Notes: generated by a model from the sequence alone, not told the origin. Shown: positions 1-10,648, counted from the stretch's first letter. The stretch: DNA of 64,000 bases from Thermodesulfobacteriota bacterium (GCA_049320885.1 JBMORA010000028.1:65306-129305); one strand, 5' to 3'. Numbers and translations: made by a program.

Positions 1-854
1 CGCCGGGTGTCTTCAACCTGGTCTGCGGCAGCGGGAACGAAGTCGGCCAGGCCCTGGCGGCCCATGCCGGCGTCGACATGATCTCCCTCACCGGCTCCAC
101 CGCCTCCGGTGTCAAAGTGGCCCGGACGGCAGCCGGAACCGTCAAGCGGGTCACCCTGGAACTGGGCGGGAAATCGGCCAATATCCTCCTTCCGGACGCC
201 GACTTCGAAGTGGCGGTGCCCGAAGGCATCAACGCCTGCTTTCTGAATTCCGGCCAGACCTGTTCCGCCCTCACACGCATGCTGGTTCCCCGGGATCGCC
301 AGGCGGAGGCGATTGAAATGGCCGTGGCGGAAACCGAAACCCTGGTCATGGGGGACTCGTCCGACGAAGACGCCTTTCTCGGTCCCCTGGTGAGCCGGGA
401 TCAACGGGAATCCGTGCGGGAATACATCCGCAGGGGCATCGAGGAAGGCGCCAGGCTGGTCCTGGGCGGACCCGAGCCGCCCGCGGGATTCGTCACGGGC
501 TATTATGTCCGTCCAACCATCTTTGCGGACGTGAGGCCGGAAATGACCATCGCCCGGGAGGAAATATTCGGCCCCGTGCTGGCGATTATACCCTACGATA
601 CCGAAGAGCAAGCCGTCCGGATCGCCAATGACAGCATCTATGGGCTATCCGGAGCCGTCTGGTCCACGGATCTCGACAAGGCCAGAAGCGTCGCCGCGAA
701 ATTGCGAACCGGCCAGGTCTTTCTCAACGGCGCGGGTTTCGACGTATATGCCCCCTTCGGCGGATACAGGCAATCCGGCAACGGGCGGGAGAGAAGCCGG
801 TACGGCTTGGAGGAATTCCTGGAAATCAAGGCGATCATGGGATACAATCCCTAG
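1..854 (+). CDS. Aldehyde dehydrogenase family protein (5' end outside window)
   Basis: Motifs [13 protein letters not shown], catalytic Cys in [25 protein letters not shown]; the frame is open to the window edge. Confidence 0.95.
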   Translation, partial: PGVFNLVCGSGNEVGQALAAHAGVDMISLTGSTASGVKVARTAAGTVKRVTLELGGKSANILLPDADFEVAVPEGINACFLNSGQTCSALTRMLVPRDRQAEAIEMAVAETETLVMGDSSDEDAFLGPLVSRDQRESVREYIRRGIEEGARLVLGGPEPPAGFVTGYYVRPTIFADVRPEMTIAREEIFGPVLAIIPYDTEEQAVRIANDSIYGLSGAVWSTDLDKARSVAAKLRTGQVFLNGAGFDVYAPFGGYRQSGNGRERSRYGLEEFLEIKAIMGYNP

Positions 855-1108
855 CGCCGGTCCGCCATGAGGAAACGGCTGCCCGGCATTTCGCCGGTTT
901 CAGCCGTTTTCCCCATCATGCGCGACGCTGGTTTTTACCGGTGCTCGTTTTCGCCCTGACTTTCCGTTTTGGAATCAGGACTTTCCCTATGGACAAATAT
1001 TTTCCGATCGGATAGAAATACCGGCACACATTCACTCGATCCTTTCGCAATAGACGTTCGTTTGACGTGCGATGAGCGCACTTCCCCAAAACCGATGGAG
1101 GTGACCCT

Positions 1109-2998
1109 ATGGATGGGTTTGCCAAGGAGATCGTCGAGACGATTCAGAGCGCACTCCTGGTCCTGGACGCAGAGTTGCGGGTGCGCTATGCCAACCGCTC
1201 CTTCTACCGGACCTTCCGATCGGCGCCGGAAACCACGATCGGGCGACCGCTTCCCGATCTCGAAGGCCGGCAATGGGATATCCCTGAACTGCACCGCCGG
1301 TTGGCTGATCTTTTCGGCCATGGGGAAACCTTTTCCGGGTTCACCGTGGAGTGCGACCTTCCGGAAGCCGGAAAACGGCTCATGCGTCTGGACGCCCGAA
1401 GGCTGGAACCGTCCAGGGATGCCTCCCGGCTCGTTTTGCTCGTCATCGATGATATCGGCGCGCTGATTGGCCTGGAGGGGGCATCGGGAAGCTACCGCAA
1501 CCAGAAGGCGGAATCCATGGGCGCCCTCGCCAGCGGCATCGCCCATGATTTCAACAATATCCTCACCGGTATCATGGGATATACCGAACTGGCCATGTTA
1601 AACGCCGCCAACGAAGCCAAAGTGACGAAATACCTGAAAAACATCTACCAATCCAGCGAACGCGCAAAAAATTTGATCCGCCAGATCCTGACCTTCAGCC
1701 GCCATGGCGAAAAAGTCATTGAACCGGTAAGTATCGCGCCGCTGGTAAAGGAAGCGCTGAAACTGTTGCGGGCCTCCCTGCCGACCACCATCTCGCTTCA
1801 GCCCATGATCCGATCCCATTCCAGCGTCTTGGCGGATCTGGGTCAACTCCACCAGGTGATCATCAATCTGTGCACCAATGCGGTTCAGGCCATGCCGGAA
1901 GGTCGCGGCGTCCTGCGCGTGAGCGTGACGGATGTGGCCATCGGCGAGTCCGGAAACCATATTGCCGATCTGGCTCCGGGCAGCTATGTAAGGCTGTCCG
2001 TGGAAGACACCGGGCACGGGATTCCGGAAGAAATCCGGGACAGAATCTTCGAACCCTATTTCTCCACCAAACTGCGCCGGGAGGGAACCGGCCTGGGACT
2101 CTCCGTCGTGCACGGAATTGTGAAAAGTCACGGCGGCGCCATTTTCGTATCCAGCGAACCGGGCAAGGGCACCGTCTTCGATGTCTACCTGCCGACGGTT
2201 TCGGTTCAAGCCGCCGCCGAGGAACGCGCCCTGCCCTTTGAGGGGATTCCCAGGGGAACGGAGAATATTCTGTTTGTGGATGATGAGCCCCAGATCGTCC
2301 AGATGGTGAAAACCCTATTGAAACGGATGGGTTACCATGTGACGGCCCATACCGGCAGCATCGGGGCCTTGGAGGCGTTTCAAGCCAGCCCCGACAAATT
2401 CGATCTGGTGATCACCGACATGACCATGCCCGGGCTCACCGGAGATCAACTCGCCAAGAAGATCCGGGAGCTCCGGCCCGACATCCCCATCGTCCTCTGC
2501 ACCGGGTATAGTTCCCAAGCACTGGAAGACAATCTGGCGGAACTGGGCATTCGCGGGCTGATTCTGAAACCCATCACCATGCGGGCCCTGTCCAGAACCA
2601 TCCGGCAGGTGCTGGATGAAAACCTGGAGGAACGCAGGCGCATCCGGCGATACAAAATCACCGAAGATGTGGTCGCCGTTTCCGCGGAGGACCCGTCGCT
2701 GCCCTACAAGGTTGTCGATATCAGCTGGGAGGGCCTCGGCCTGGTTTACAATGCCTCCCGGAAAAAACATCCGCGGGAACCCATTCATGAGTTCTCCCGG
2801 ATCGCCATCAGCGCCGCCGGTGAGCAGCGACCCATGGAACCTTTTCCGTGCACCATTCTGTCCGATATGGAATGGATCGACGCTTCCTGTGCCTGGCCGG
2901 AAAAACGGAACCGCCGCAGCATCCGATTCGGGGACCTGACGGAAAGCCAGGCCGCTCGGCTGGAATATCTCATTCAACATTGCGCAACGCCCCTGTAG
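1109..2998 (+). CDS. Hybrid sensor histidine kinase: PAS-HisKA-HATPase-REC plus C-terminal PilZ-like domain
   Basis: AHDFNNIL H-box, NLCTNA N-box, GTGLGL G2 box, FVDDE...DMTMP receiver; tail has RRIRR and DISWEG; RBS GGAGG. Confidence 0.92.
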   Translation: MDGFAKEIVETIQSALLVLDAELRVRYANRSFYRTFRSAPETTIGRPLPDLEGRQWDIPELHRRLADLFGHGETFSGFTVECDLPEAGKRLMRLDARRLEPSRDASRLVLLVIDDIGALIGLEGASGSYRNQKAESMGALASGIAHDFNNILTGIMGYTELAMLNAANEAKVTKYLKNIYQSSERAKNLIRQILTFSRHGEKVIEPVSIAPLVKEALKLLRASLPTTISLQPMIRSHSSVLADLGQLHQVIINLCTNAVQAMPEGRGVLRVSVTDVAIGESGNHIADLAPGSYVRLSVEDTGHGIPEEIRDRIFEPYFSTKLRREGTGLGLSVVHGIVKSHGGAIFVSSEPGKGTVFDVYLPTVSVQAAAEERALPFEGIPRGTENILFVDDEPQIVQMVKTLLKRMGYHVTAHTGSIGALEAFQASPDKFDLVITDMTMPGLTGDQLAKKIRELRPDIPIVLCTGYSSQALEDNLAELGIRGLILKPITMRALSRTIRQVLDENLEERRRIRRYKITEDVVAVSAEDPSLPYKVVDISWEGLGLVYNASRKKHPREPIHEFSRIAISAAGEQRPMEPFPCTILSDMEWIDASCAWPEKRNRRSIRFGDLTESQAARLEYLIQHCATPL

Positions 2999-3191
2999 CC
3001 CTTCGGCTGGAATAACCTTGCCCGCCGGGCATATCGGAGGCCCCCTTGTTCCCGCCGCCCTGTTTCCTCGCCCCATTCTGCTTTCAGCCGCCGCCGGCGC
3101 CTTGATTCCGACCCGCAATCGTGGTATTCATATCCCGTTCTGTGGTTTTGTATCTTTTCCCCTCCACAACCGGTATATCAGAAAGCTGGCA

Positions 3192-5108
3192 ATGCCCCTG
3201 CGCCGAAAAATCGTCTTGATTGTCGTCTGCATCTTCCTCATGATGATGGGGGCGATTTACACCATTACCCGGATGATTCTGATCAGCGGTTATACGGAAT
3301 TGGAAGAACGGGACATCATCCACGGGCTGCGACAGCTCAGCCATATCATCGAAAATGAAATGGACCAGATCAAAAGTGTCGCCCTCGATTGGGGACCCTG
3401 GGACGACACCTATGAATTCGTCGTGAATCCGCATCAGGCTTACATCGACAACAACCTGATCGCTGAAACTTTCCGCAATTACCGTTTATCGTATAGCATT
3501 TATTTCGATGCCGAAGGACGATTCGTTTACGGCAAGGCCTATGACCTGGAGAAACAGCGCCCCCTGCCCCTCCCGGAAAACCTGATTCACCGGCTCCGGG
3601 ATCATCCGAACCTGATCCGTCATCAGCGAACCCGGGATGTGACCAAGGGCATTCTGATGCTGCCGGATCAAACAGTACTGGTGGCTTCCGCGCCGATCCT
3701 GAACAGCCGGTTCGAAGGGCCGATCCGCGGCGCCCTGATCATGGGACGGATCCTGAACCAAACGGAAATCCGCCAAATCGGTGAAAAAGCCCAACTGAAG
3801 GTGGCAGTGCGGCGGTGGGACGATCCACACCTGCCGGTTGACTTCAGTTCCGCCAAATCCGCCCTGCTCGGGAAAAACTCGGCTTTTATCCGGCGAAACG
3901 GGCCCAACCGGATTTCCGCCTACGTCATGCTGCGGGATGTCCAGGGCCGGCCGGGGCTCATCGCCGGGATCGAAAAAGAACGGGACATTTTCCTTCAGGG
4001 ACGCGAAAGCCTCCACTATTTCATCCTGTCCCTGCTGGCCATCAGCCTGCTGTTCACGCTGGCTGCCTTCGTTTTTCTGGAAAAAAGCGTTCTGTCCAAA
4101 CTCGCCTATCTCAGCCAAACGGTGCGGAAGATCGGCCTGTCCAGATCGTTTACCTCCCGGATCCACCTGAAGGGCCGGGATGAGCTCGCGGATCTCGCCC
4201 GGGACATCAATGAAATGCTGGAAGCGTTGCGTCAAAGCGAGGAACGGGACAAGGCCCTGCTGGACAATATCGAAGACGGGTATTTTGAAGTGGATTTGAT
4301 GGGAGATTTCACCTTTTTCAACGATTCCCTCTGCCGGATCACCGGCTACGACCGCGAGGCAACCGTGGGCATGAATTTCTCCCGTTTCACCAGCCCCGAC
4401 ACCGTGGACCGCCTGACCACCGAATTCCGGCTGGCGTTTCGGAGCGGCAAATCCATTCAGGCCGTGGAAGGAGAACTGATCCGCAAGGATGGCGAGCACC
4501 GTTACCTGGAGACCTCGGTATCCCTGATCCGGGATATAGGGGGAAAACCCATCGGATTCAGGGGGATTGTCAGGGATATCACCGAACGCCGACGCCTGGA
4601 GGAACAATTGAAGACCCAGGCCGCCACGGACCCGCTCACCGGTGTGGAAAACCGTCGTCGCTTTCTGGAGCGCTCCGCTGTTGAGTTCCAGCGTTTTCAA
4701 CGGTACGGTGGATCTTTTTGTGCGGCAATCCTGGATATCGATCACTTCAAGCGCATCAACGACTCATACGGCCATGCGGCCGGCGACGACGTGTTGAGGA
4801 ACCTGGCGGAAAAATGCAAAGAAATTCTGCGCCAGACCGACTTTTTCGGACGACTGGGCGGCGAGGAGTTCGCCTTTGTTTTCGTCGGCGCGGACATGGC
4901 TGTGGCGGAGGCCATCGCCGAAAGATTGCGGCTGGCCATGGAGAGCTGCTTCCTCACCATCGACGACCGGGAAATCCGCTGTACGGTGAGCATCGGTATA
5001 ACGGAAATCAGACCGGCGGACGAGTCCTTTGAAACGGTCCTGAAACGGGCGGATGCCGCTCTGTACGAAGCCAAACGCCAGGGTCGCAACCGCACCGTGA
5101 AGGATTGA
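3192..5108 (+). CDS. Diguanylate cyclase (CHASE4-HAMP-PAS-GGDEF)
   Basis: Two TM helices around DWGPWDDTYEF (CHASE4); HAMP DELADLA; PAS; DIDHFKRIND...GGEEF with RQTD I-site; start reassigned to ATG 3192. Confidence 0.92.
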   Translation: MPLRRKIVLIVVCIFLMMMGAIYTITRMILISGYTELEERDIIHGLRQLSHIIENEMDQIKSVALDWGPWDDTYEFVVNPHQAYIDNNLIAETFRNYRLSYSIYFDAEGRFVYGKAYDLEKQRPLPLPENLIHRLRDHPNLIRHQRTRDVTKGILMLPDQTVLVASAPILNSRFEGPIRGALIMGRILNQTEIRQIGEKAQLKVAVRRWDDPHLPVDFSSAKSALLGKNSAFIRRNGPNRISAYVMLRDVQGRPGLIAGIEKERDIFLQGRESLHYFILSLLAISLLFTLAAFVFLEKSVLSKLAYLSQTVRKIGLSRSFTSRIHLKGRDELADLARDINEMLEALRQSEERDKALLDNIEDGYFEVDLMGDFTFFNDSLCRITGYDREATVGMNFSRFTSPDTVDRLTTEFRLAFRSGKSIQAVEGELIRKDGEHRYLETSVSLIRDIGGKPIGFRGIVRDITERRRLEEQLKTQAATDPLTGVENRRRFLERSAVEFQRFQRYGGSFCAAILDIDHFKRINDSYGHAAGDDVLRNLAEKCKEILRQTDFFGRLGGEEFAFVFVGADMAVAEAIAERLRLAMESCFLTIDDREIRCTVSIGITEIRPADESFETVLKRADAALYEAKRQGRNRTVKD

Positions 5109-5248
5109 TCGCCACCCCGGGCTGCGATTTCTGCCCTTCGCTTCCGCCCGGGGACTGGGTTGTTTTCGCCTCGACGGGAGAGGCATTTCCCGGCTTTTTG
5201 CTTATTTCCCTTGACGCTGGCCGCCAAAAATCGTAGGTTTCAGAAAAC

Positions 5249-5261
5249 TGAATAGGATTCA
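5249..5261. promoter_or_regulatory. Palindromic operator TGAAT-N3-ATTCA upstream of the TetR gene
   Basis: Perfect TGAATAGGATTCA just downstream of TTGACG-N17-TAGGTT (5211-5239); near copies at 5948 and 6004. Confidence 0.55.
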
Positions 5262-5268
5262 TATTATT

Positions 5269-5913
5269 ATGGGTATTCAGGAAAGAAAAGGCCGGGAACG
5301 GGAAAGAAGGCGCCAGCAGATCATGGTGGCGGCCAAAACCGTCTTCCACCGGAACGGGTTCAACAAGGCCACCATGGAGGACATCGCCCGGGAAGCGGAG
5401 CTGAGCCCCGGAACCCTCTATCTGTATTTTAAAAACAAGAACGAGCTGTATGCCTCCCTGTCGCTCCGGATTCTGCAATACCTGCTCATCCGCCTGGAGG
5501 AAGTCAGATCCAAGGAAAAAGTGACGGCAAGGAAACGCTTCGGACTGTTGAAGGAAGCGATATATGATGTCTATGAATTCGATCCGCCCATGTTCATCAA
5601 GATGTTTCATTTTCAATCCAGCGAGATCTACGAAAGCCTGACAACCGAATTGAAAAACGATATCCGGGAGCTTTCAACACAAGCCCGCGACGCCATCGCC
5701 GCCCTGTTTCAGGAAGGAATCGACGCCCATGTCTTCATCAATGAAAAATCCAGCGTTCTCGCAGAAATGATCTGGGCTTTCTTTTCCGGCATCGTATTGC
5801 TGGAAGAAAATAAAAAAGCCCTTGACGGTCGCAACAACGATTTGAAAAGGAACTTGAAAAGCGCCTTCGAAATTTTTTTCCGCGGTATCTCCAAGGACAA
5901 TCAGTCCCCCTGA
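5269..5913 (+). CDS. TetR/AcrR family transcriptional regulator
   Basis: N-terminal HTH ATMEDIAREAELSPGTLYLYFKNKNEL. Confidence 0.93.
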   Translation: MGIQERKGRERERRRQQIMVAAKTVFHRNGFNKATMEDIAREAELSPGTLYLYFKNKNELYASLSLRILQYLLIRLEEVRSKEKVTARKRFGLLKEAIYDVYEFDPPMFIKMFHFQSSEIYESLTTELKNDIRELSTQARDAIAALFQEGIDAHVFINEKSSVLAEMIWAFFSGIVLLEENKKALDGRNNDLKRNLKSAFEIFFRGISKDNQSP

Positions 5914-5938
5914 CATCTTCCGCCGTCAATCATCGTCA

Positions 5939-6016
5939 GTCAATAGATGAATACAATTTATATTGACAAATTTTGCTAAAAATTTTTATTATGTTATAAA
6001 AAATGAATCCCAATCA
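5939..6016 (+). promoter_or_regulatory. Sigma70-like promoter of acs with flanking operator-like sites
   Basis: TTGACA at 5963 with TATTAT 18 nt later; TGAAT-N3-ATT(T)A at 5948 and TGAAT-N3-A(A)TCA at 6004; inverted repeat GTCAATA/TATTGAC 5939-5967. Confidence 0.5.
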
Positions 6017-6186
6017 TTATTTTGCGCCGGTCTGGATGCAGCGGCGGAAGCATGGTTTCCATGGAGAACGAAGGATGCCCCTTTTGAAATGGCTTCCGCA
6101 AGCGGGTCTTCCGCGGCACGCCGAGCAGTCATCTACTCGTTATCGCAAGTCCCTGACGAACCAAACAAGGAAACAAGGAGGCAGTC

Positions 6187-8220
6187 ATGTCGGAAAAAGA
6201 GCTTGTTGCAACCTCGGAAGCCCAGATCGCCGTTCACTGGCAGGAAGAAGCCTATTTCTACCCTTCCGCCCAGTTCATCGCCCAGGCCAATATGACGGAC
6301 GAAACGATTTACGAACGGTTCAGTCTGGATAATTTCCCCAATTGCTTCAAGGAATACGCGGATCTACTGACATGGGACGAATACTGGCACACCATCCTGG
6401 ACACCAGTGACGCCCCCTGCTGGAAATGGTTCGTCGGCGGCAGGCTGAATGCCAGCTATAACTGCATCGACCGGCATCTTGCCAAGAACAGAAACAAAAC
6501 CGCCATTCATTTCGTGCCTGAACTGGAGGAAGAAAAAGTCGATCACATCACATATCAGGAACTCTATGTGCGGGTGAATGAATTCGCGGCGCTCTTGCGC
6601 GATTTCGCGGGCTTGAAGGCCGGCGATCGGGTAACCCTGCACATGCCCATGTCGGTGGAGCTGCCCATCACCATGCTGGCCTGCGCCCGTCTGGGCGTCA
6701 TCCACTCCGAAGTGTTCGGCGGCTTCAGCGGCCGGGCCTGCGCGGACCGTATCGTGGATTCCAGAAGCAGCGTCCTGATCACCATGGACGCCTATTACCG
6801 GGGGGGCAAGCTGCTGGACCACAAGCAGAACGCGGATATCGCCGCGGATCTGGCCGGAAAGGACGGCCAGCCGGTGGAAAAAGTGCTGGTCTGGCAGCGG
6901 TATCCGGGCAAAAACTCCAGCCCCACTCCCATGGTGACAGGCCGGGATTATGTTATCAACGACCTGCTCAAACAATTCTACGGGAAACGGGTCAAACCCG
7001 TCTCCATGCCGGCGGAAGCCCCCCTGTTCCTGATGTACACCAGCGGCACCACCGGAAAACCAAAGGGCTGCCAGCACAGCACCGGCGGGTATCTGGCCTA
7101 TGTCGCCGGAACTTCCAAATATGTTCAGGACATCCATCCCGAGGACGTCTATTGGTGCATGGCCGATATCGGCTGGATCACGGGGCACTCCTACATTGTT
7201 TACGGTCCGTTGACCCTTTGCGCCTCGACGGTGATCTATGAAGGCATCCCCAATTATCCGGACGCGGGCCGACCATGGCGCATCGCCCAGGACCTGGGGG
7301 TCAACATCTTTCATACGGCGCCCACCACCATCCGTTCGCTGCGCAAGATCGGCCCGGACGAGCCCGCGAAATACTCCTATCAGTTCAAGCATATGACCAC
7401 CGTGGGCGAACCCATCGAACCCGAAGTATGGAAATGGTATCACAAGGAAGTGGGCAAGGGCAAAGCCATCATCGTGGATACCTGGTGGCAGACCGAAACC
7501 GGCGGCTTTCTGTGCAGCACCCTGCCGGCCATCACGCCCATGAAGCCCGGCAGCGCCGGACCGGCGATGCCCGGCATCCATCCCGTCATCTACGATGAAG
7601 AAGGCAATGTATTGGAGGCCGGATGCGGCAAAGCCGGCAACATCTGCATCCAAAACCCCTGGCCCGGGGCTTTTCAGACCATCTGGGGGGATCGGGACCG
7701 CTTTGTCAGCAATTACTACGCCCGCTATTGCAAAAACCCGAAAAGCAAGGACTGGCGGGACTGGCCCTATCTCACCGGCGACGCCGCAGTCCAGGCGCCG
7801 GACGGATATTATCGCATTCTGGGCCGGATCGATGATGTCATCAATGTTTCCGGTCATCGTCTGGGCACCAAGGAAATCGAATCCGCATCCCTGGTGGTTC
7901 CCGAGGTGGCGGAGGCGGCGGTGGTTCCCGTGGCGCATGATATCAAAGGCAAGGAACCGGATCTGTATATTTCCCTGAAACCGGGTTTTGACGGCGACGA
8001 GGAAATCGCCAGGCGCGTTTCCGACGCCATCTGCAACGAAATCGGGAAAATCGCCAAACCGCGGAAAGTCTGGATCGTCAAGGATATGCCCAAAACCCGT
8101 TCCGGTAAAATCATGCGGCGGGTGTTGGCCGCCATTTCCAATAACCGGGACGTGGGCGACGTCACCACCCTGGCCAATCCCAATATCGTCTCGGAAATTC
8201 AGGAAATGGTGCGGAAGTAA
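6187..8220 (+). CDS. acs: Acetyl-CoA synthetase (AMP-forming)
   Basis: YTSGTTGKPKG, DIGWITGHSY, DTWWQTETGG, PKTRSGKIMRR; RBS AAGGAGG. Confidence 0.93.
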   Translation: MSEKELVATSEAQIAVHWQEEAYFYPSAQFIAQANMTDETIYERFSLDNFPNCFKEYADLLTWDEYWHTILDTSDAPCWKWFVGGRLNASYNCIDRHLAKNRNKTAIHFVPELEEEKVDHITYQELYVRVNEFAALLRDFAGLKAGDRVTLHMPMSVELPITMLACARLGVIHSEVFGGFSGRACADRIVDSRSSVLITMDAYYRGGKLLDHKQNADIAADLAGKDGQPVEKVLVWQRYPGKNSSPTPMVTGRDYVINDLLKQFYGKRVKPVSMPAEAPLFLMYTSGTTGKPKGCQHSTGGYLAYVAGTSKYVQDIHPEDVYWCMADIGWITGHSYIVYGPLTLCASTVIYEGIPNYPDAGRPWRIAQDLGVNIFHTAPTTIRSLRKIGPDEPAKYSYQFKHMTTVGEPIEPEVWKWYHKEVGKGKAIIVDTWWQTETGGFLCSTLPAITPMKPGSAGPAMPGIHPVIYDEEGNVLEAGCGKAGNICIQNPWPGAFQTIWGDRDRFVSNYYARYCKNPKSKDWRDWPYLTGDAAVQAPDGYYRILGRIDDVINVSGHRLGTKEIESASLVVPEVAEAAVVPVAHDIKGKEPDLYISLKPGFDGDEEIARRVSDAICNEIGKIAKPRKVWIVKDMPKTRSGKIMRRVLAAISNNRDVGDVTTLANPNIVSEIQEMVRK

Positions 8221-8237
8221 CCGCAAGGAGGACGGCC

Positions 8238-10142
8238 ATGCAAAGCCAGTACGAACCATATTACCGGCAATCCATTGAAAACCCGGAGGGATTCTGGCGG
8301 ACGCCGGCGGAGGATTGCCGCTGGTACAAGAAATGGGACAAGGTCCTGGACGATGCGAACAGCCCCTTCTATCGATGGTTCACCGGCGGGGTGCTCAACA
8401 CCTGCTACAACGCCCTGGATTGGCATATCGAAAAGGGGCTCGGCGACCGGGCCGCCCTGATCTACGACAGCCCCGTCACCGGCGTCATCCGGACCTACAC
8501 CTATGCGCGTCTGCGGGAGGAAACCGCCCGATTCGCCGGCGTGCTGGCCGCAAAGAGGGTTCAAAAAGGCGACCGGGTCCTGATCTATATGCCCATGATT
8601 CCCGAGGCGGTGATCGCCATGCTCGCCTGCGCCAGAATCGGGGCCGTTCACTCCGTGGTTTTCGGCGGATTCGCCGCCAAGGAACTCGCCACCCGGATCA
8701 ACGACGCCACCCCCAGCATCATCGTTTCCGCCTCCTGCGGCATTGAAGCGGGAAAAATCATCCCCTATAAACCCCTTCTCGACCAGGCGGTGGAAATGGC
8801 CGTCGCCAAACCCGGCTGCCGCATCATTTATCAGCGACCGGAAAAAGCCGCCGACATGCTGCCGGGAGTCGATTGCGACTGGAATGCGGAGATGGCCATA
8901 GCCCGGCCCCATGACTGCGTCCCGGTGGCGGCCACGGATCCGCTTTACATTCTGTATACGTCCGGGACCACCGGTGTGCCCAAGGGTGTCGTCCGGGACA
9001 ACGGCGGTCACATGGTGGCCCTGAAATGGTCCATGAAAGCCATTTACAACATGGATCCGGGCGATGTTTTCTGGGCCGCCTCGGACGTCGGCTGGGTGGT
9101 GGGGCATTCCTACATCGTCTACGGCCCGCTGCTGAAAGGCTGCACCACCATCCTGTTCGAGGGAAAACCCGTGGGCACCCCGGATGCCGGCGTTTTCTGG
9201 CGGGTGATCTCCCAGCACAAGGTCAAAGCCCTGTTCACGGCGCCCACCGCCTTCCGCGCCATCAAGCGCGAGGACCCCACGGGCCGCCTGATCGGCGGTT
9301 ACGATCTTTCCGGCTTCAAGGCCTTGTTTCTCGCCGGCGAAAGGACCGACCCGGACACCCTGCACTGGGCCGAGGACAAACTGAAGGTGCCGGTGATCGA
9401 TCATTGGTGGCAGACCGAAACCGGCTGGGCCATCGCGGCCAACTGCCTCGGCATCGAGCATCTTCCGGTGAAGCAGGGCTCGCCCACCAAGGCGGCGCCG
9501 GGATGGAACGTCCAGGTGCTGGACAGCAACAACCATCCCGTCAAGGCCGGGGAAATCGGGGCCCTGGTGGTGAAACTGCCGCTGCCGCCCGGCACCCTTC
9601 CCACCCTTTGGAACAATGACGCCGGTTATTTGCAATCCTATTTGAAGGATTTTCCGGGATACTATAAAACGGCCGACGCCGGATACATCGACGAGGACGG
9701 TTACATTTTCGTCATGTCCCGCACCGACGACATCATCAACGTGGCCGGTCACCGCCTGTCCACGGGGGGCATGGAAGAAGTCCTTTCGGACCATCCGGAT
9801 GTGGCCGAATGCGCCGTGCTTGGTGTCCAGGACCAGCTGAAAGGTCAAGTCCCCATCGGCTTCATTGTGCTGAAATCCGGTGTCACCCGCGACGTAGCCG
9901 AAATCGAAACGGAAATCGTGCGAATGGTCCGGGACCGGATCGGTCCGGTGGCCTCCTTCAAACTGGTTACCACCGTGAAGCGTCTGCCCAAGACCCGGTC
10001 CGGAAAGATTCTGCGGGGCACCATCCGCAAAATCGCCGATAGCGAGGAGTACAAAATTCCGGCCACCATCGATGACCCGGCGATCCTGGAGGAAATGGAA
10101 GCGGCCCTGCAAAAAATGGGATATGCGGGCGGACGCAAATGA
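8238..10142 (+). CDS. prpE: Propionyl-CoA synthetase
   Basis: YTSGTTGVPKGVVRDNGGH, SDVGWVVGHSY, LAGER, DHWWQTETGW, PKTRSGKILR. Confidence 0.88.
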   Translation: MQSQYEPYYRQSIENPEGFWRTPAEDCRWYKKWDKVLDDANSPFYRWFTGGVLNTCYNALDWHIEKGLGDRAALIYDSPVTGVIRTYTYARLREETARFAGVLAAKRVQKGDRVLIYMPMIPEAVIAMLACARIGAVHSVVFGGFAAKELATRINDATPSIIVSASCGIEAGKIIPYKPLLDQAVEMAVAKPGCRIIYQRPEKAADMLPGVDCDWNAEMAIARPHDCVPVAATDPLYILYTSGTTGVPKGVVRDNGGHMVALKWSMKAIYNMDPGDVFWAASDVGWVVGHSYIVYGPLLKGCTTILFEGKPVGTPDAGVFWRVISQHKVKALFTAPTAFRAIKREDPTGRLIGGYDLSGFKALFLAGERTDPDTLHWAEDKLKVPVIDHWWQTETGWAIAANCLGIEHLPVKQGSPTKAAPGWNVQVLDSNNHPVKAGEIGALVVKLPLPPGTLPTLWNNDAGYLQSYLKDFPGYYKTADAGYIDEDGYIFVMSRTDDIINVAGHRLSTGGMEEVLSDHPDVAECAVLGVQDQLKGQVPIGFIVLKSGVTRDVAEIETEIVRMVRDRIGPVASFKLVTTVKRLPKTRSGKILRGTIRKIADSEEYKIPATIDDPAILEEMEAALQKMGYAGGRK

Positions 10143-10253
10143 ATCCCTGAATCGACGGATTCCTGTCAATGCATGGCCTGATGATGCGACTTCTTCGTGG
10201 CGCGGTTCCCAAACCATCGGATCGCACCAATCGGTTCACGCGAGGTGATTCTC

Positions 10254-10628
10254 ATGACCGGAAAAATACTGATTGTCGATGATGAGCCGGCCGTCGTATT
10301 GCCGCTTCAGTTCCTCATGGAACAGCACCAGTACCGGGTCGCCGTCGCTTCCAGCGGAGAGGAAGCCCTTGAAAAGATCATGCAATTCGAACCGGACCTG
10401 ATCCTGCTGGACATCATGCTTCCCGGCATCGACGGCTATGAGGTGTGCGAGATCGTGCGCCTGAACCCCAAATGGAAACAGACCAGGATCATCTTCCTGA
10501 CCGCCAGGGGGCGTGACGTGGATGTGGCCAAGGGCCTGGTGCTGGGAGCCGACGACTATATCCTCAAGCCCTTCACCGGCTCCGAGGTGGTGAATAAAGT
10601 CAAACAACTCCTGGATGTCGGTTCGTGA
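10254..10628 (+). CDS. Stand-alone response regulator receiver protein
   Basis: IVDDE, LLDIMLPGIDG, FLTA, KPF; no output domain; RBS GAGG. Confidence 0.9.
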   Translation: MTGKILIVDDEPAVVLPLQFLMEQHQYRVAVASSGEEALEKIMQFEPDLILLDIMLPGIDGYEVCEIVRLNPKWKQTRIIFLTARGRDVDVAKGLVLGADDYILKPFTGSEVVNKVKQLLDVGS

Positions 10629-10648
10629 AGCTTCGGATCCCTTCCTCA

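Noticed and set aside
5963..6332. ORFs of 110 and 109 aa upstream of and overlapping acs
   Set aside because: They span the promoter and leader, lack an RBS and have no protein-like features
6364..10217. Very long antisense ORFs (631 and 672 aa) opposite acs/prpE, and similar ones opposite the acyl-CoA dehydrogenase, pst, phoR, radical SAM, lolC/E and tro genes
   Set aside because: Shadow frames expected from high-GC codon bias; no recognisable motifs, while the opposite strand encodes clear families
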